A DNA stretch of 64,000 nucleotides. It comes from the human T2T-CHM13v2.0 reference genome, Homo sapiens. The DNA lies in assembly GCF_009914755.1 (NCBI RefSeq), contig NC_060927.1. One strand, 5' to 3'. Under the pieces are notes generated by a model. It did not search any database, was not told the DNA's origin, and worked only from the letters and a program-made list of their open reading frames with translations. The translations under genes and the position numbers were made by a program. Shown piece by piece: positions 12,131-30,229 of the stretch; the first letter of the stretch is position 1; each line of letters opens with the position of its first letter.

Positions 12131-12744
12131 TAGATGGGTAGCTCTGTTTCCTGGCTTTGCAGTTATGTCTTGAGAATGACAGTGAATCTCTAACTTCTGG
12201 ACTGATGCCCTGTTGAATCCTAACAGGGCCATTCTTAATATCCCATTCTGAATAGTGCCTGGGTTTTTTATAGCTGTGGCCATATCCGTTTTCTAGATAA
12301 TTGTTCTTACTGAAACACTGAAACCTATCTTAGTAAATTTGAGGGTCAGTGGTAGCAAAGAGTAGCAGGTCACCTTTTAGAAGAAAGGATACATTTCTGG
12401 AGGCATTACTTGCCTAGATTTGCAGTAAATTATATCTCCTTGTTTAATAATCCTGCTATAATTTCTCTTTCATATTTTCAGAATTGTCTCTAATTTCTGC
12501 TTCAATTTTGGAATATTTGGTATTCAGAGTCCCAAAATTGCAAGTCTCTCAGTAAGATGTGTATCAAGAACTTTAAAAATCCATAAGCAAACTTTACTTG
12601 CCCTCCTTACTCTATCTAACCCCCAAATGTAGTAAAAGAAGTAATCTACTTTCAATGACTGAAAGAATTGTTCCCTCAGTGAGGAGATATTTTACCTTTA
12701 AAAGTCTGATTTAGCTAATCCAAAAAATCCACTGCAAGTGGATT

Positions 12745-12880
12745 AACTTCTTCCTCTGTCTAGTCCTGCTTCCTTCCTTTCCCTTCCACAGATGGTGATC
12801 CCCAAAGCATTCCATAATTAACATCCTGCATGCCAATCTTTGTTTTAGAGGTTATTTTCCAAAGAACCCAACCAGATGCA
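12745..12880 (+). mobile_element. LTR16-like (ERVL) 3' fragment
   Basis: catcctgcatgccaatct...tagagg...gaacccaaccagatgca resembles the LTR16 terminus. Confidence 0.55.
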
Positions 12881-15024
12881 ATCACCTAGAATCCCCTTTT
12901 GTATTTGCAGATTGTTTTTATGAGCAGTCTAGGGTGAGATATAAGGATGGGCCAGGCCAGTTTAAAGCTTAAATAACAAAGGAAAACCTTAAGGTATAGA
13001 GGTCTTTCATGTCTTCATATGACCTACAGTGCTGAACATGTACAAAAGGATTGTCTACACAGGCAAACTCGAGTATGAGAAGCCCTAGGGACATGGAAAC
13101 CAAGGTCCTAACCTTTCCTAGATTAGAACACAAGTAACTCACAATAAATAAGAACTGAATCTCAGAGAGATAGCCAGCTGGTTCTTCATGCTAAGGTGAT
13201 GAATAGAAATTGGTCCAGAGAGTGAACTGAGGTCTATACTGAGGAATCCATTAGAAGAAGGGAAGCACAAATGAACAAATCAGTGGTATAGGGGCTACTT
13301 CTGAATGCTGGAGTCTACTGGGGCAAGAACTGATATTTAAATGAGTCAAAACAGGAGACATTCCACGTGTTCCTTGAAACCTGGGGATGGGTGATAGATA
13401 GTGACAAAAAAGAATGAGTTCATTAGCACCTTGGATTTCTATAGGCTGAAGAATTTTTTCTGAAGCTTGCTGCTGAAGATCAGACAGATACAGCTGACAT
13501 CCTGACATCCCTAGGAAGATCACTGTCTGGCTAAAACAGAGGCAGTATGATCATTGCCTCTTCTTTTCTTGCCTACAATGCATGACTCTCTAAACTTAAA
13601 GACATATAGGTGGAACCTACCATGTTATTTTGACCCATAACTCTCTATAGTATTTATAACAGTGTTTTATGAAATGGAGTTTCCTGGGATGAACATGGTA
13701 TATATATACATATATATTTTTTTCAGAGCTGAATAAAGAGCCCTGGACATTGAACTTGGTGCATTAGACTTGCAAATCACCATTGGGAATTATGTGTTCA
13801 GGTCCTGCTCTTGTGTCCATAACACCTTTTCCCCCTTTAAATTTAGCTTGTTTATTTCCATAGATATGTACAAACGTATTCATAATTAATTTAGAATAGA
13901 CCAAATGTCTAAAAGCGATAACACTGGGGACTAGGATGATAATTTGAAACAGTGGTACTCAACCTCTTCAGTGCATAACAGATATCAAATATTAGGATGT
14001 TTTGCTTTGTTCAAATTCAAAATGACACTAGCTGAAACAGATATGATTGTAACACAATCACATCTACAACAGCACAACAATGTCTTGCAGCATCTATAAA
14101 AACATTCACACTTCATTTTGTCCTCCTTCAGCGTCAGGCTGTTGTTAAATAGTATTACTTGCTGCCCTGATGTTAGACTTTTCTAATATACTTAAAACAC
14201 AATGTCCTCATGTTCCGGGAGACTCACAGTCTTTCCGTTTGGTAGTCTCCATGCCTCTGCCCCTTGCCTCAACATTATAGCAATCATGCGTACGCCCAGA
14301 AAAAATAAAAATAAGATTTCACTTGTTGATCAAAACAGCGCTGGTGAAATGTGCTAGTGAAAAACTCTTACTGAAGTATTATATGCAGCATTCTCATTGA
14401 CTCTATTTAATTCTGTGGGGGAAAACTACAATTGACTATAAATTCTTATTCTGAACTGCTTATCATACATTCTCCCGTTGTCCTAATTAATATTATCTTG
14501 TTCATTTTCGCAGATGGAAGAAAGGGAATGAAAAAAGAAAATGAGTTCCTGAGCTATTTTTTAAAAACATATATCATTTTGCATTTTATAGGTTATAACC
14601 TATGTATAATGCTAGCATATCATTTAATGCTAACATATCATTTAAAAACCCCACACACAAGGCAGTATACACATGACCAGCTATTTGTTTTTTGTTTTGT
14701 TTTGTTTTCTAATAAATATTATATCCTGTTATGAGGTCCATTTTAATCATGCAGCACTACCTTATTTTCTTAAAATAAAACAACCACATACTATTGCTTT
14801 CTAGTGAAGTATTGCGATTTATTTAATCAGACCCCAAATGGTAAAAGCCTGGTTGTTTCTACATTCTTGCCACTGCAAACAACACTGCAAAGAATGTTTG
14901 CATATTAATTTGCTGACTACATGCTACCTATAAATGTAATAAGTGATTTTCTTTAAACCCTGTAAAATTATCCTGGCTCTTTAACACAACATCATAGTAA
15001 GTGAGGAGAAACTGGAATGGTCAG

Positions 15025-15398
15025 TGTATTAGTCTGTTTTCATGCTGCTGATAAAGACATACCCAAGACTGGGCAATTTACAAAAGGAAGAGATTTAATT
15101 GGACTTGGAGTTCCATGTGGCTGGGGAAGCCTCACAATCATGGTGGAAGGCAAGGAGGAGCAGGTCACATCTTACGTGGATGGTGCCAGCCAAAGAGAGA
15201 GTGAGAGCCAAGCAAAAGGGGTTTCTCCCCATAAAACTATCAGACCTTGTGAGACCCATTCACTACCACAAGAACAGTATGGGGGAAACCACCTCCTTGA
15301 TTCAACTATCTCCCACCAGGTCCCTCCCACAACAATGGGAATTGTGGGAGATACAACTCAAGATGAGATCTGGGTGGGGACATAGCCAAACCATATCA
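15025..15398 (-). mobile_element. THE1 (THE1C-like) MaLR solo LTR
   Basis: tgtattagtctg...ccaaaccatatca; TSD gtcag/gtaag. Confidence 0.92.
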
Positions 15399-15479
15399 GT
15401 AAGCATTAACCCCTCATTCCCATCCGTATTGTTGTAACCTGTACCTCTCATATTTATTTTCCATCTATACCTCACTACT

Positions 15480-15890
15480 TGCAATTTTCCTTAACATGCC
15501 ATGCTGTTTCACAGCTCCCTGTTTGCTTCCAGGAGTGCTTTTCTGCATTGAAAACCTAACAAATTTCTACTCATCTTTTAAAATCTATTCACACATTGTT
15601 ACTCCTGCAGAAACGTATTCCCTCCACTACCAGAGTTAATTATCCCCTTTCTTGCAGTGCCCTCTACCTTGTACACACTCCCTCACTGCCCAAATAGCCC
15701 TTGATTATAATTATGTATATACATGTTTGCCTTTCTTATTGGACTCTGAGATCCTGACAGATTGGGACTATAACTTACTTGTCTTTTTATCTTTAATGCT
15801 AAGTAGACTCATTCTTTTTAGTTATTATCTATCTCTGTTCTTGACACAGTAGATCTTTGTCTAATGTTTGTTAAATGACAAGTGAAAACA
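15480..15890 (+). mobile_element. L2 fragment
   Basis: Degenerate L2 3' region ending cacagtag...aatgtttgttaaatga. Confidence 0.55.
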
Positions 15891-16719
15891 TTCTAAGTGA
15901 ACTTGGCTGAATTTAAAGAAGAAAAGCATTTGGGGCCTGTAGTCAATTGTTAGTCCTAGATTTGAGGAGATGATGGGGAGTTCTTGTGTTAGAAAGGTCC
16001 CTTGGCATGGTGATGGTCTCAGCCTTTTTTCCTGCTTACTCTCTGTGAGTTTTTGGCATTTTCTTTTCTCTGATATTCTTTAGCTTGTTGGCATTGTGAC
16101 TTTGAATGTTTTGTTAGGCAATTTCCAAATTTACAAGTTTCAAGGAAGCATAATAAAGTTGATAGAAGGGACAGCACTGACACCAAAGTAAAAAATCTTG
16201 GGTAAGAAAGAATGAGTGACCAAAAAACGCTTAATAGACCTAAAATATTTATTGGTAATGACGTTTCAAAAGGAATATATGTCTATGTGAGCATATTCAA
16301 GGGAATTCCTTATTCTAAGTATGTTGCATTGCCATTAACTCTATTCCAGCCAGGATAAATGATTCCTGCACTTAAAGTGTACATCAAAGACTCATTTTAG
16401 CTTTTAGTATAATTACCCTCTATACTTTCAGTATTCTCAAACAATATTCTGAATGACTAATTTTTTAAAACTATAGATTACAGGAAAATAAACCCTCAAT
16501 TTTTTTAAAAAAAGTATCTACTTTAAAATGTTTTGCTTGATTTTTTAATAGTTTCTACTATGCAAAGAATCAACTTCAAGTTAAATGGCTTGTCTGGTAA
16601 TTAAATGGAAATTTCTCTCAATATAAATACTCTAAAACCAAACTTGTAGTTATTGCTGTAGTGAGAAGCAAGAGCTTTTAAACCCATATATTAGATAAAA
16701 TATATTAGTGTCTCAATAT

Positions 16720-17873
16720 CTTAGATTAAAACTGAAACTCTCTACTCATTAAACAATAAATCTCCCTTTTACCTTCCCCCAACCTCTGGTAACCATTATT
16801 CTACTAACATCAGCTCTGTGATTTTGATTACTCTAAATATCTTGTAAGTGGAATAATACAGTGTTTGTCTTTTTGTGACTGGCTTATTTCACTTAATATA
16901 ATGTTCTCAAGGTTCACCTGTGGTATAAATGTATGTGAGAATTTCTTTCTTAAGGCTGAATGATATTCAATTGTATGTATATACCACATTTCACTTATCC
17001 CTTCATCTGTTGATGGGCACTTGCATTGCTTCCACATTTTAGCTATTGTGGATAATGCTGATATGAACATTGGGGTAAAAATATCTCTTGGAGGTTTGTT
17101 TTCAATTCTTTTGGGTATATACCCAGAAGTGACATTGCTGGATCATATGGTAGTTTTTTGAAAAACAGTCATATTCTTTTCCACAGCTGCTATACCATTT
17201 GACATTTCCACCAACATTGCTGCAATTAGTTCACATCCTCACTAACACTTGTTATTTTGTTTTTTTAAATTGTAGCCATCCTAATGGGTGTGAGGTGGTA
17301 TCTCCTTGTAGTTTTCATTTGCATTTCCCTAGTGATTAGTGAAGCTGAACATCTTTTCATGTGATTTATAACCATTTGTGTGTGTTCTTTGGAGAAATGT
17401 CTATTCAAGTCCTTTACCATTTTTAAATTGGGTTATCTGTTTTTGTGTTGTTAAATGTTAGGAATTCTCTATATATTCTAGATATTAATCATTTGCCAGA
17501 TATATAATTTGCAAATATTGCCTCCATTTTTGTGGGTTTCCTTTTTCTTTCTGTTGATTTTGTCTTTTGATGCACAAAAGTTCTAATTTTATGAAATTCA
17601 ATTTGTCTATTTTTCCTTGTGTTACCTGTGCCTTTGTTGTTATATCCAAGAAATCACTGACAAATGTAATGATATGAAGCTTTTGCTGTATGTTTTCTTC
17701 TAAGACTTTTATAGTTTTAGGTCTTTGACCAAATCTGAGTTAATTTTGGTATATGATGTTAGGCAATAAGATGTTATTCTTCTGCATGTGGATATCCAAT
17801 TTCTCAGCACCATTTGTTGTAAAGGCTGTCCTTTCTCCATTGAATGGTCTTGGCAATCTTGACAAAAATCATT
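16720..17873 (-). mobile_element. Old L1 (L1MB3/4-like), segment 1 of a host split by younger L1s; continues at 24962-25083, 31235-31300 and 31431-31940
   Basis: L1MB 3'UTR and ORF2 C-terminus; sequence reads collinearly across the TSDs of the inserted L1s. Confidence 0.85.
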
Positions 17874-19789
17874 AGAGACTTTTTAACAAGATGGCCAACT
17901 AGATGCAACTGGGAAGTGCTGACTCCACTGAAAGAGACGAATATTTTGACTAAACCAACATAATTTGAACAGATTTTTGGAGAGAAAATACTGAGACTGG
18001 ATGCAGAAGTGACATAGAAGCTGAGACTGAAGAGAGAGAAAGCTGGGAACCCTGGGCATGGTGCTCGAATGCTAGAGTTGGTTCCCACCTCCAAATGGCT
18101 CTTGGGGAAGGGGTGAGTGAAGGGACTGTGGGACCGCCCACTGTTGCTGTGTACCTCTAGGGATCCTAGCTGCAGGGGACCCCACATCACACATGGACAG
18201 TTGAGTTGGCAGGGGGATCTTCCCAGATAGTAGATGGAAGTGGGCCTTAAGCCAGTAGGGAGCCAGGGGCCTCCGTACACAGGACAGCTCTGTCGGCCAT
18301 ATCCCAGGGCTCCCCATCTTCCTCCAAGAGACTCTGGCCCCGTTTAACTGTGGCCAGGAGGAAGTGGAGCTGACTTCCCTGTAGGTCTGCCTGCCTGCCA
18401 GTCCTTCCCAGGCCCCCTGCCTGGCCACCAACCAGGAGACTATACATAATACAGCCTCGATGACCAACCTGGGTACTTTGCTCCATCTGAGTGCATTCCC
18501 AGCAGCCTGGGAGCACTTCAAATCCCCCAGCACACCTGGAACCCAACCCAGAGGGTGGGGATGATGGAGCCACAGGCCAGTCCTGGCAGCCCAGGGCTGC
18601 CATGCACCACTTGGGATTGCTAAGCCTGGGGTCCACTCGAGTTGGGGAGGAGCTTACCCTCTCAGAGCACTGAGAGGGAAGAGACGTAGGTTTGTGGGAT
18701 AGTGTGGGACCAGGGTGTTTCTCCCTCCACAGGGCCAGTTTGGAAAGGATGTGATCTATCTCCCTGCTGTGGCTTCTGCCTGAAGGACTCCAGCAGCCTG
18801 GAACACCTAACAAAAGAAACACGGGCACAGTGCAGTGATCAGAGAGGGAGGCTCTCCCAAGGCCCAGGAATGGACCTGGTAAGGGAGAAACCTTCCTCTC
18901 CAACCCTCTACCCAGCACCTCTCCCCACCCCCCAATTGCAGAGCACAGCTGCAAACTTGAGGAAATGCAAAGGAGCTGCGTGGCTCAAAGCTTATCTACT
19001 GCTCTTTACTCTTAAGCACCATCTACTGGGTCACAGCCCAAACTACAACACAAGAGATATTTTGCTAATATACCCCCCTGTGAAACCAAGGGCAAGAATT
19101 TGGCCACAAAGACCCTGTACAGAGCTTTTGACCTCTGAAAACATACAGAAATGAAGCCAATAACTTACATCACAATTAAAGGAACAACAGCCCTCCAAGA
19201 TGAGAAAGAATCAGTGCAAGAACTCTGGAAATTCAAAAAGCCAGTCCCCTTATCACTAAACAAGTCCATTAGCTCCATAGCAATTGTTCTTAACCAGTCT
19301 GAAATGACTGAAATGACAGATATGGAATTGAGAACCTGGATGGCAAGGAAGCTCACTGAGGTTCAGGAGAGATTTGAAACCCAATCCAAGGAATCCAAAG
19401 AATCCAGTAAAACAACCTAAGAGCTGAAAGACAAAATAACCATTTTAAGCAATAACGAAACTGAAATTCTAGAGCTGAAAACTAGAAAAATAATTGCATA
19501 GAAACAAGAATTCCATAATATAATCGAAGTATTAATAGCAGAGTAGATCAAGCTGAAGAAAGAATCTCAGGGCTCAAAGACCAGTTCTTCAACTCAGTCA
19601 GACAAAAAATGAAGAAGAAGAAGAAAAAGAACATATAATTAAGAATAAACAACACCTCTGAGAAATAAGAGATTATATAAAGAGATCAAATTTTCAAAGA
19701 GAGAAGGAGAAAGAATAAGCAACTTGGAAAATATATTTGAAGATATAGTCCGCAAAAATTTCCCTAATCTCACTAGAGAGGTTGATATG

Positions 19790-20165
19790 CGATATGGTTG
19801 GGGTCTGTATCCCTGCTCAAATCTCATGTCAAATTATAATCCCCAGTGTTGGAGGTGGGGCCTGGTGAATGGATCATGAGGGCAGATTTCCCCTTTGATG
19901 CTGTTCTCGTGATAGTGAGTGAGTTATCATGAGATCTGGTTGTTTAAAGTGTGTAGCACCTCTCCTCTCTCTCTTCCTCCTGCTCCAGCCATGTAAGACA
20001 AGCCTGCTTCCTGTTCACCTTCTGCCATGACTGTGAATTTCCTGAGGACTCCCCAGCCATGCTTCCTGTACAGCCTGCAGAACTGTGAGTCAATTAACCT
20101 CATCTCTTTATAAATTACCCAGTCTCAGGTATTTCTTTATAGTAGTATGAGAATGGACTAATACA
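19790..20165 (+). mobile_element. MSTA-like MaLR solo LTR inserted in L1 ORF1
   Basis: gatatggtt...ggactaataca; TSD atatg/acatg. Confidence 0.9.
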
Positions 20166-20416
20166 ACATGTGTATTCAAGAAACATAGAGAACCCTGGCC
20201 AGATACTATACAAGATGATCATCTCAAGGCATATAGTCATCAGCTTCACCAAGTCCAATGCAAAGGAAACAATCTTAAAGGCAGCTAGAGATAAGGGTCA
20301 GGTCACATACAGAGGTAACCCCATCAAGTTAGTAGTGGACTTCTCAGCAGAAACCTGAAGAGATTGGGGACCTATTGTCAGCATCCTGAAAGAAAATAAA
20401 TGCCAACCAAAAGTTT

Positions 20417-20740
20417 ATTTTTATTTTTAAAATAATTTATTTATTTATGAGATAGGGTCTCACTCTCTTACCCAGGCTGGAGTGAAGTGGCATGAGCTCA
20501 GCTCACTGCAGCCTCAATATCCCAGGCTCAGGTAGTCCTCCCACCTCAGCCTCCCGAGAAGCTGGGAGCATAAGTGTGTGCCACCACACCCAGCTAATTT
20601 TGTATTTATTTATTTATTTTTGTAGAGATGCGGTTTTGCCATGTTGCTTAGGCTGGCCTCAAACTCCGGGGCTCAAGCAATCCATCCACCTCTGCCTCCC
20701 AAAGTGCTGTGGTTATAGGTATGAGCCACTGCATCTGGCC
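20417..20740 (-). mobile_element. AluJ inserted in L1 ORF1
   Basis: Dimeric Alu with J-type diagnostics (gggtctcactct, ggctcaagcaatcc); TSD caaccaaaagttt / caaccaagaattt. Confidence 0.93.
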
Positions 20741-23700
20741 CAACCAAGAATTTCATACTCCACCAAACTAAACTTTGTAAGTGAAGAAGAAATAAAATCC
20801 TTGCAGACAAGCAAATGATGAGGAAATTCATTTCAACTAAGCCAGCCTTATAAGAGGTCCTCAAGGGTGTGCTAAACCTCAAATCTAAAGGAAAACACCT
20901 GCTACCACAAATACACACTTAAGCACATAGCCCACAGACACTATCAGGCAACTGCACAATCAAGTCTACGTAACAACTAGCTAACAACACAATGACAGGA
21001 TCAAAATCTCACATATCAATACTAACCCTGAATATAAATGGGCTAGATGCCCTACTTAAAATACATAGAATGGCAATCTAGATAAAAAAACATGACCTAT
21101 CTGTCTGCTGTCTTCAGGGATCCATCTCACCTGTAATGACACCCACAGGCTCAAAGTAGAGGGATGGAGAAAGATCTACCATGCAAATAAAAACAACAAA
21201 TAAAAGACAAAACAGTGTTTAAACCACTAACAAGAAGGACAAGAAGGGGTATTATGTAATGAAAAAGGGTTGGATCCAAGAAGAAGACTGAAGTATCCTA
21301 AATATATAACCAACATTAGAGCACCCAGATTCATAAAACAAGTTATTCTTCACCTAAAAAAAATAATTACCTAGCCACACAATTATATAGGGAGATTTCA
21401 GTAGCCCCACTGACAGCATTAGACAGATCACTGAAGCAGAAATCTAACAAAGAAAGACTGGAATTAAACACAACCCTTGACCAATTGGACCTAATAGAAA
21501 TCTACAGAATACTCCACCCAACAACCAAAGAATATACATTCTTGTCATCTGCATGTGGAACATATTCTAAGATCAACCACATACTCAGTAATAAAACAAG
21601 TCTCAATAAATTCAAAAACATCTAAATTATCCTAAATACAGTCTTGGACCACACTGCAATAAAAATAGAAATTAATATCAAGAATATATCTCAAAACTAC
21701 ATAAATACATGGAAATTAAATAACTTGTTCCTGAATATCTCTTGGGCGAACACCAAAATTAAGGCAGAAATTTAAAAAATTCCTTGAAATTAATAAAAAT
21801 AGGAGCACAACTTACCAAAATATCTGGGATGCAGCTAATGTAGTGTTAAGAGTAAAGTTTATAGCACTAAACATCTTCATCAAGAAGTTAGAAAGCTCTT
21901 AAATTAACAGTCTAGCTTTGCACCTAAAGGAACTAGAAAAAAAAAAAAAAAAACAACCGCAAAGCTAGCGGAAGAAAGAAATAACTAAAATTAGAGAAGA
22001 GCTTAACCAAATTACAATGCAAAATTTCATACAAAAGATCAATGAAACTAACAGTTTGTTTTTTGAAAGAATAAGCAAAATTGATAGAGTGCTAGCCAAA
22101 CAAATAAAAAAGAGACATTCAAATAAGCACAATAAAAAATGACAAAGGTGACATTATAGCTCATTCCACAGAAATAAAAAAGGTCCTCAGAGACTACTAT
22201 GCACACACATTAGAAAATGTACAGGAAATAGATAAATTCCTGGAAATACACAATCTTCCAAGATTGAATCAGGACGAGATTGAAACCCTGAATAGACAAA
22301 TATCAAATTCTGAAATGGAATCAGTAGTAAAAAACCTACCAACCAAAAAAATTCTGGACCAGATGGATTCACAATCAAATTCCATCAGATGTACAAGAAA
22401 GAATTGTACCAGTTCCACTGAAACTGTTCCAAAAATTGAGGAGGAGGGGCTCCTCCCTATCTCATTCTATAGAGCCAACATCAGCTTGATACCCAAATCT
22501 GGCAGTGACAGGAGGAGAAAAGAAAACTTCAGGCCAATATCCTTGATGAACATAGATGCAAAAATCCTCAACAAAATACTAGCAAACCAAATCCAGCAGC
22601 ACATCAAAAAGTAAATACACCACAATCATGGAGGCTTTATTTCTGGGATGCAAGATTGGTTCAACATATGCAAGTCAGTAAATGTGATTCATCACATAAA
22701 CTGAATTAAAAACAAAACCACACGATCATCTCAATAAACACATTTTGATAAAGTCCAGCAATCCCTCATGATAGAAGTCCTCAACAGACTAGGCATTGAA
22801 GGAACATATCTCAAACTAATAAGAGCCATCTATAAAAAACCCACAGCCAGCATCATACTGAATGGACAAAAGCAGGAAGCACTCCCCTCGAGAACTGGAA
22901 CAAGACAAAAATGTCCACTCCCACCACTCCTATTCAAAATAGTACTGGAAGTGTTAGCCAGAGCAATCAAGCAAGGGAAAGAAATAAAAGGCATCCAAAT
23001 GGGAAAAGAAGAAGTCAAGCTATCTCTCTTTGTTGATGATATAATACTATACCTAGAAAACTGTAGAGTCTGCCAAAAGGCTTTTAGAACTGATAAATGA
23101 CTTTAGTAAAGTTTCCGAATACAAAATCAATGTACAGAAATCACTAGCATTTCTGTACACCAATAAAGTCCAGCCTGAGAGTCAAATAAAGAATGCAATT
23201 CTATATATAGTAGTCACAAATAAAATAAAATACCTAGAAATACAGCTAACCAAGGAGGCGAAAGATCTCTATAAGGAGAGCTACAAAACAGTGCAGAAAT
23301 AAATCAGAGATGACACAAATAAATGGTAAAACTTTCCATGCTTATGGGTTGGAAGAATTAAAATGTCCATATTTCCTAAAGCAATCTGCAGATTCAATGC
23401 TATTCCTATCAAACTACCAATGCTATTTTTCACAGAAGTAGAAAAAATATTTTAAAATTCTCATGGAATGAAAAAGAGCTGGAGTACCCAAAGCAATTCT
23501 AAGCAAAGAGGACAAAGCTGAAGGGTATCACACTACCAGGCTTCAAAGTATAATATAAAGCTAGAGTAGCCAAACCAGCGTGGTACTGGCACAAAAACAG
23601 ACACATAAACCAGTGGTGCATAATAGAAAACTCGGAAAGAAACCATCTGATTGTCAGCAATGCCAACAACAACAAACAATGAGGAAAGGACTCCCTATTT

Positions 23701-25293
23701 AATAAATGGTGCTGGGATAACTGGCTAGTCACATGCAGAAGACTGTAACTGGACCCCTTGCATTCACCTTATACAAAAATTAAGTCAAAGTTGATCAAAG
23801 ATTTAAGTTTAAGACCTCAAAATATAAAAGTCCTAGAAGACAAGCTAGGAAATTCCCCTCTCGACATTGACATTGGCAAAAACAAAAAATTTGGTCAAGT
23901 TTCCAAAAATAATTGTAAGAAAAACAAAAATTGACAAGATTGACCTAAAATGGACAAAAAAATGACCTAAAATTGACCCAATTAAACTAAAGAGCTTCTG
24001 CACTGCACAGTAAAAGAAACAGAGTAAACAGACGACCTACAGAATGGGAAAAAACATTGGCAAACTATGTATCCAACAAAGGCCCAATATCCAGAATCTA
24101 TTAAGAACTTAACAAGCAAAATCCAAAACACCCCATTAAAAATGGGCAAATGACATGAACAGACATTTCTCAAAAAAAGACATATAAGTGGCCAAAAAAA
24201 AAATGAAAAATGCCCAGCAGCACTCATCAGAGAAAATGGAAATCAAAACCACAGTGAAAAACCATCTCACACTAGTTAGAATGGCTATTAGTAAAATGTC
24301 AAAAATCAACAAAAGTAGTCGAGGGTGCAGAGAAAAGGGAATGCTTATACACTGTTGATGGGAATGTAAATTAGTACAACCTCAATGGAAAACCGTATGA
24401 AGATTTCTGAAAGAACTGAAAATAGAACTATCATTCAATTCAGCAATCCCAATCTTGAATATGTACCCAAAAAGAAAGAAATCATTATATGAAAAAGATA
24501 CCTGCATTCATATGTTTATTGCAGCACTATACACAATAGCAAAGATATAGAATTAATGTAAGAGTCTATAAATAGAGAATTGGATAAAGAAAATGTGGTA
24601 AATATACACTATGAAATACTACTTGGCCATAAATAATAATGAAATCATGTATTTTGGAGCAACGTGGATGCAATTGAGGCTGTGATCCTAAGCAAATTGT
24701 GCAGGTACAGAAAACCAAATACTGCATGTGTCACTTATAAGTGGGAGCTACACATTGAGCACATATGGACATAAACGTGGGAACAAAAGGCACTGTGGAC
24801 TACTAGAAGGGGGAGGGTGGGAGGTGGACATGGCTTGAAAAACTACCTATTGTGTACTATCTGGGTGATGGGATCATTCATACCCCAAACCTCAGCATCA
24901 CGCAGTATACCCATGTAACAAACCTGCACATGTATGCTTATATCTAAATAAAAGTTGGGAAAAAAATCTTTTGACCACCTATGAGAAGGGTTTATTTCTG
25001 TGCTGCTTTATTCCATTGAACTGTATGTCTGTCTTCATGCCAGTACCAAATTGTTATGATTACTTTAGTTTTGTAATAGATTTTTTTTTATTATACTTTA
25101 AGTTCTAGGGTACATGTGCACAGTGTGCAGGTTTGATACATAGGTATACATGTGCTATGTTGGTTTGCTGCACCCATCAACTTGTCATTTACAATAGGTA
25201 TTTCTCCTAATGCTATTCCTCCCTCAGACCCCTACCCCTTGACAGGCTCCAGTGTGTGATGTTCCCTGCCCTGTGTCCAAGTGTTCTCATTGT

Positions 25294-29139
<3,846 letters not shown>

Positions 29140-29202
29140 TATGATGTTAGCTGGTTATTTTGCCTGTTAATTGATGCAGTTTCTTCCTAGCATCAATAGT
29201 CT

Positions 29203-30229
29203 TTACAATTTGGTATGTTTTTTCAGTGGCTGGTACTGGTTGTTTCTTTCCATATTTAGTGCTTCCTTCAGGAACTCTTGTAAGGCAGGCCTGGTGATGA
29301 AAAAAATCTCTCAGCATTTGCTTGTCTGTAAAGGATTTTATTTCTCCTTCACTTATGAAGCTTAGTTTGGCTGGATTTGAAATTCTGGGTTGAAAATTCT
29401 TTTCTTTAAGTATGTTGAATATTGGCCCCCACTCTCTTCTGGCTTGTAGGGTTTCTGCTGAGAGATCCACTTTTAGTCTGATGGGCTTCCCTTTGTGGGT
29501 AACCCGACCTTTCTCTCTGGCTGCCCTTAACATTTTTTCCTTCATTTCAACCTTGGTGAATCTGACAATTATGTGTGCTGGGGTTTCTCTTCTCGAGGAG
29601 TATCTTTATGGTGTTCTCTGTATTTCCTGAATTTGAATGTTGGCCTGCCTTGCTCGTTGGGGAAGTTCTCCTGGATAATATCCTGAAGAGTGTTTTCCAA
29701 CTTAGTTTCATTTTCTCCATCACTTTCAGGTACACCAATCAAGTGTAGATTTGGTCTTTTCACATAGTCCCATATTTCTTGGAGGCTTTGTTTGTTTCTT
29801 TTTACTCTTCTTTTCTCTAACCTAGTGTTCTCGCTTAATTTCATTCATGTGATCTTCAATCACTGATACCCTTTCTTCCACTTGATCGAATCAGCTATTG
29901 AAGTTTGTGCATGCACCACAAAGTTCTCATGTCATGGTTTTCAGCTCCATCAGGTCATTTAAGGTCTTCTCTACACTATTTATTCTAGTTAGCCATTCGT
30001 CTAACCTTTTTTCAAGGCTTTTAGCTTCCTTGTGATGGGTTTGAACACGCTCCTTTAGCTTGGAGCAGTTTGTTATTACTGACATTCTGAAGCCTACTTC
30101 TGTCAACTCGTCAAAGTCATTCTCCGTCCAGCTTTGTTCTGTTGCTCGTGAGGAGTTGCAGTCCTTTGGAGGAGAAGAGGTGCTCTGGTTTTTAGAATTT
30201 TCAGCTTTTCTGCTCTGGTTTCTCCCCGT
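29203..30229 (-). pseudogene. L1 ORF1 (RNA-binding chaperone), disrupted, start codon mutated to ACG
   Basis: EIWDYVKRPNL and LQARREWGPIF fragments lie in different frames. Confidence 0.9.

Larger units (their letters stand above)
17874..24961 (+). mobile_element. Full-length degenerate L1 (L1PA15/16-like)
   Basis: 5'UTR begins ...aagatggcc; ORF1 remnants; ORF2 ATG at 20992; RT motif FVDD (ORF 22768-23100); 3'UTR with aataaa; TSD aaaaatcatt (17864-17873) / aaaaatcttt (24962-24971). Confidence 0.92.

Noticed and set aside
17804-19154. Long ORFs (235, 158, 153 and 150 aa) on both strands
   Set aside because: They lie in the GC-rich 5'UTR of the old L1, where stop-poor frames are expected; no recognisable domains.
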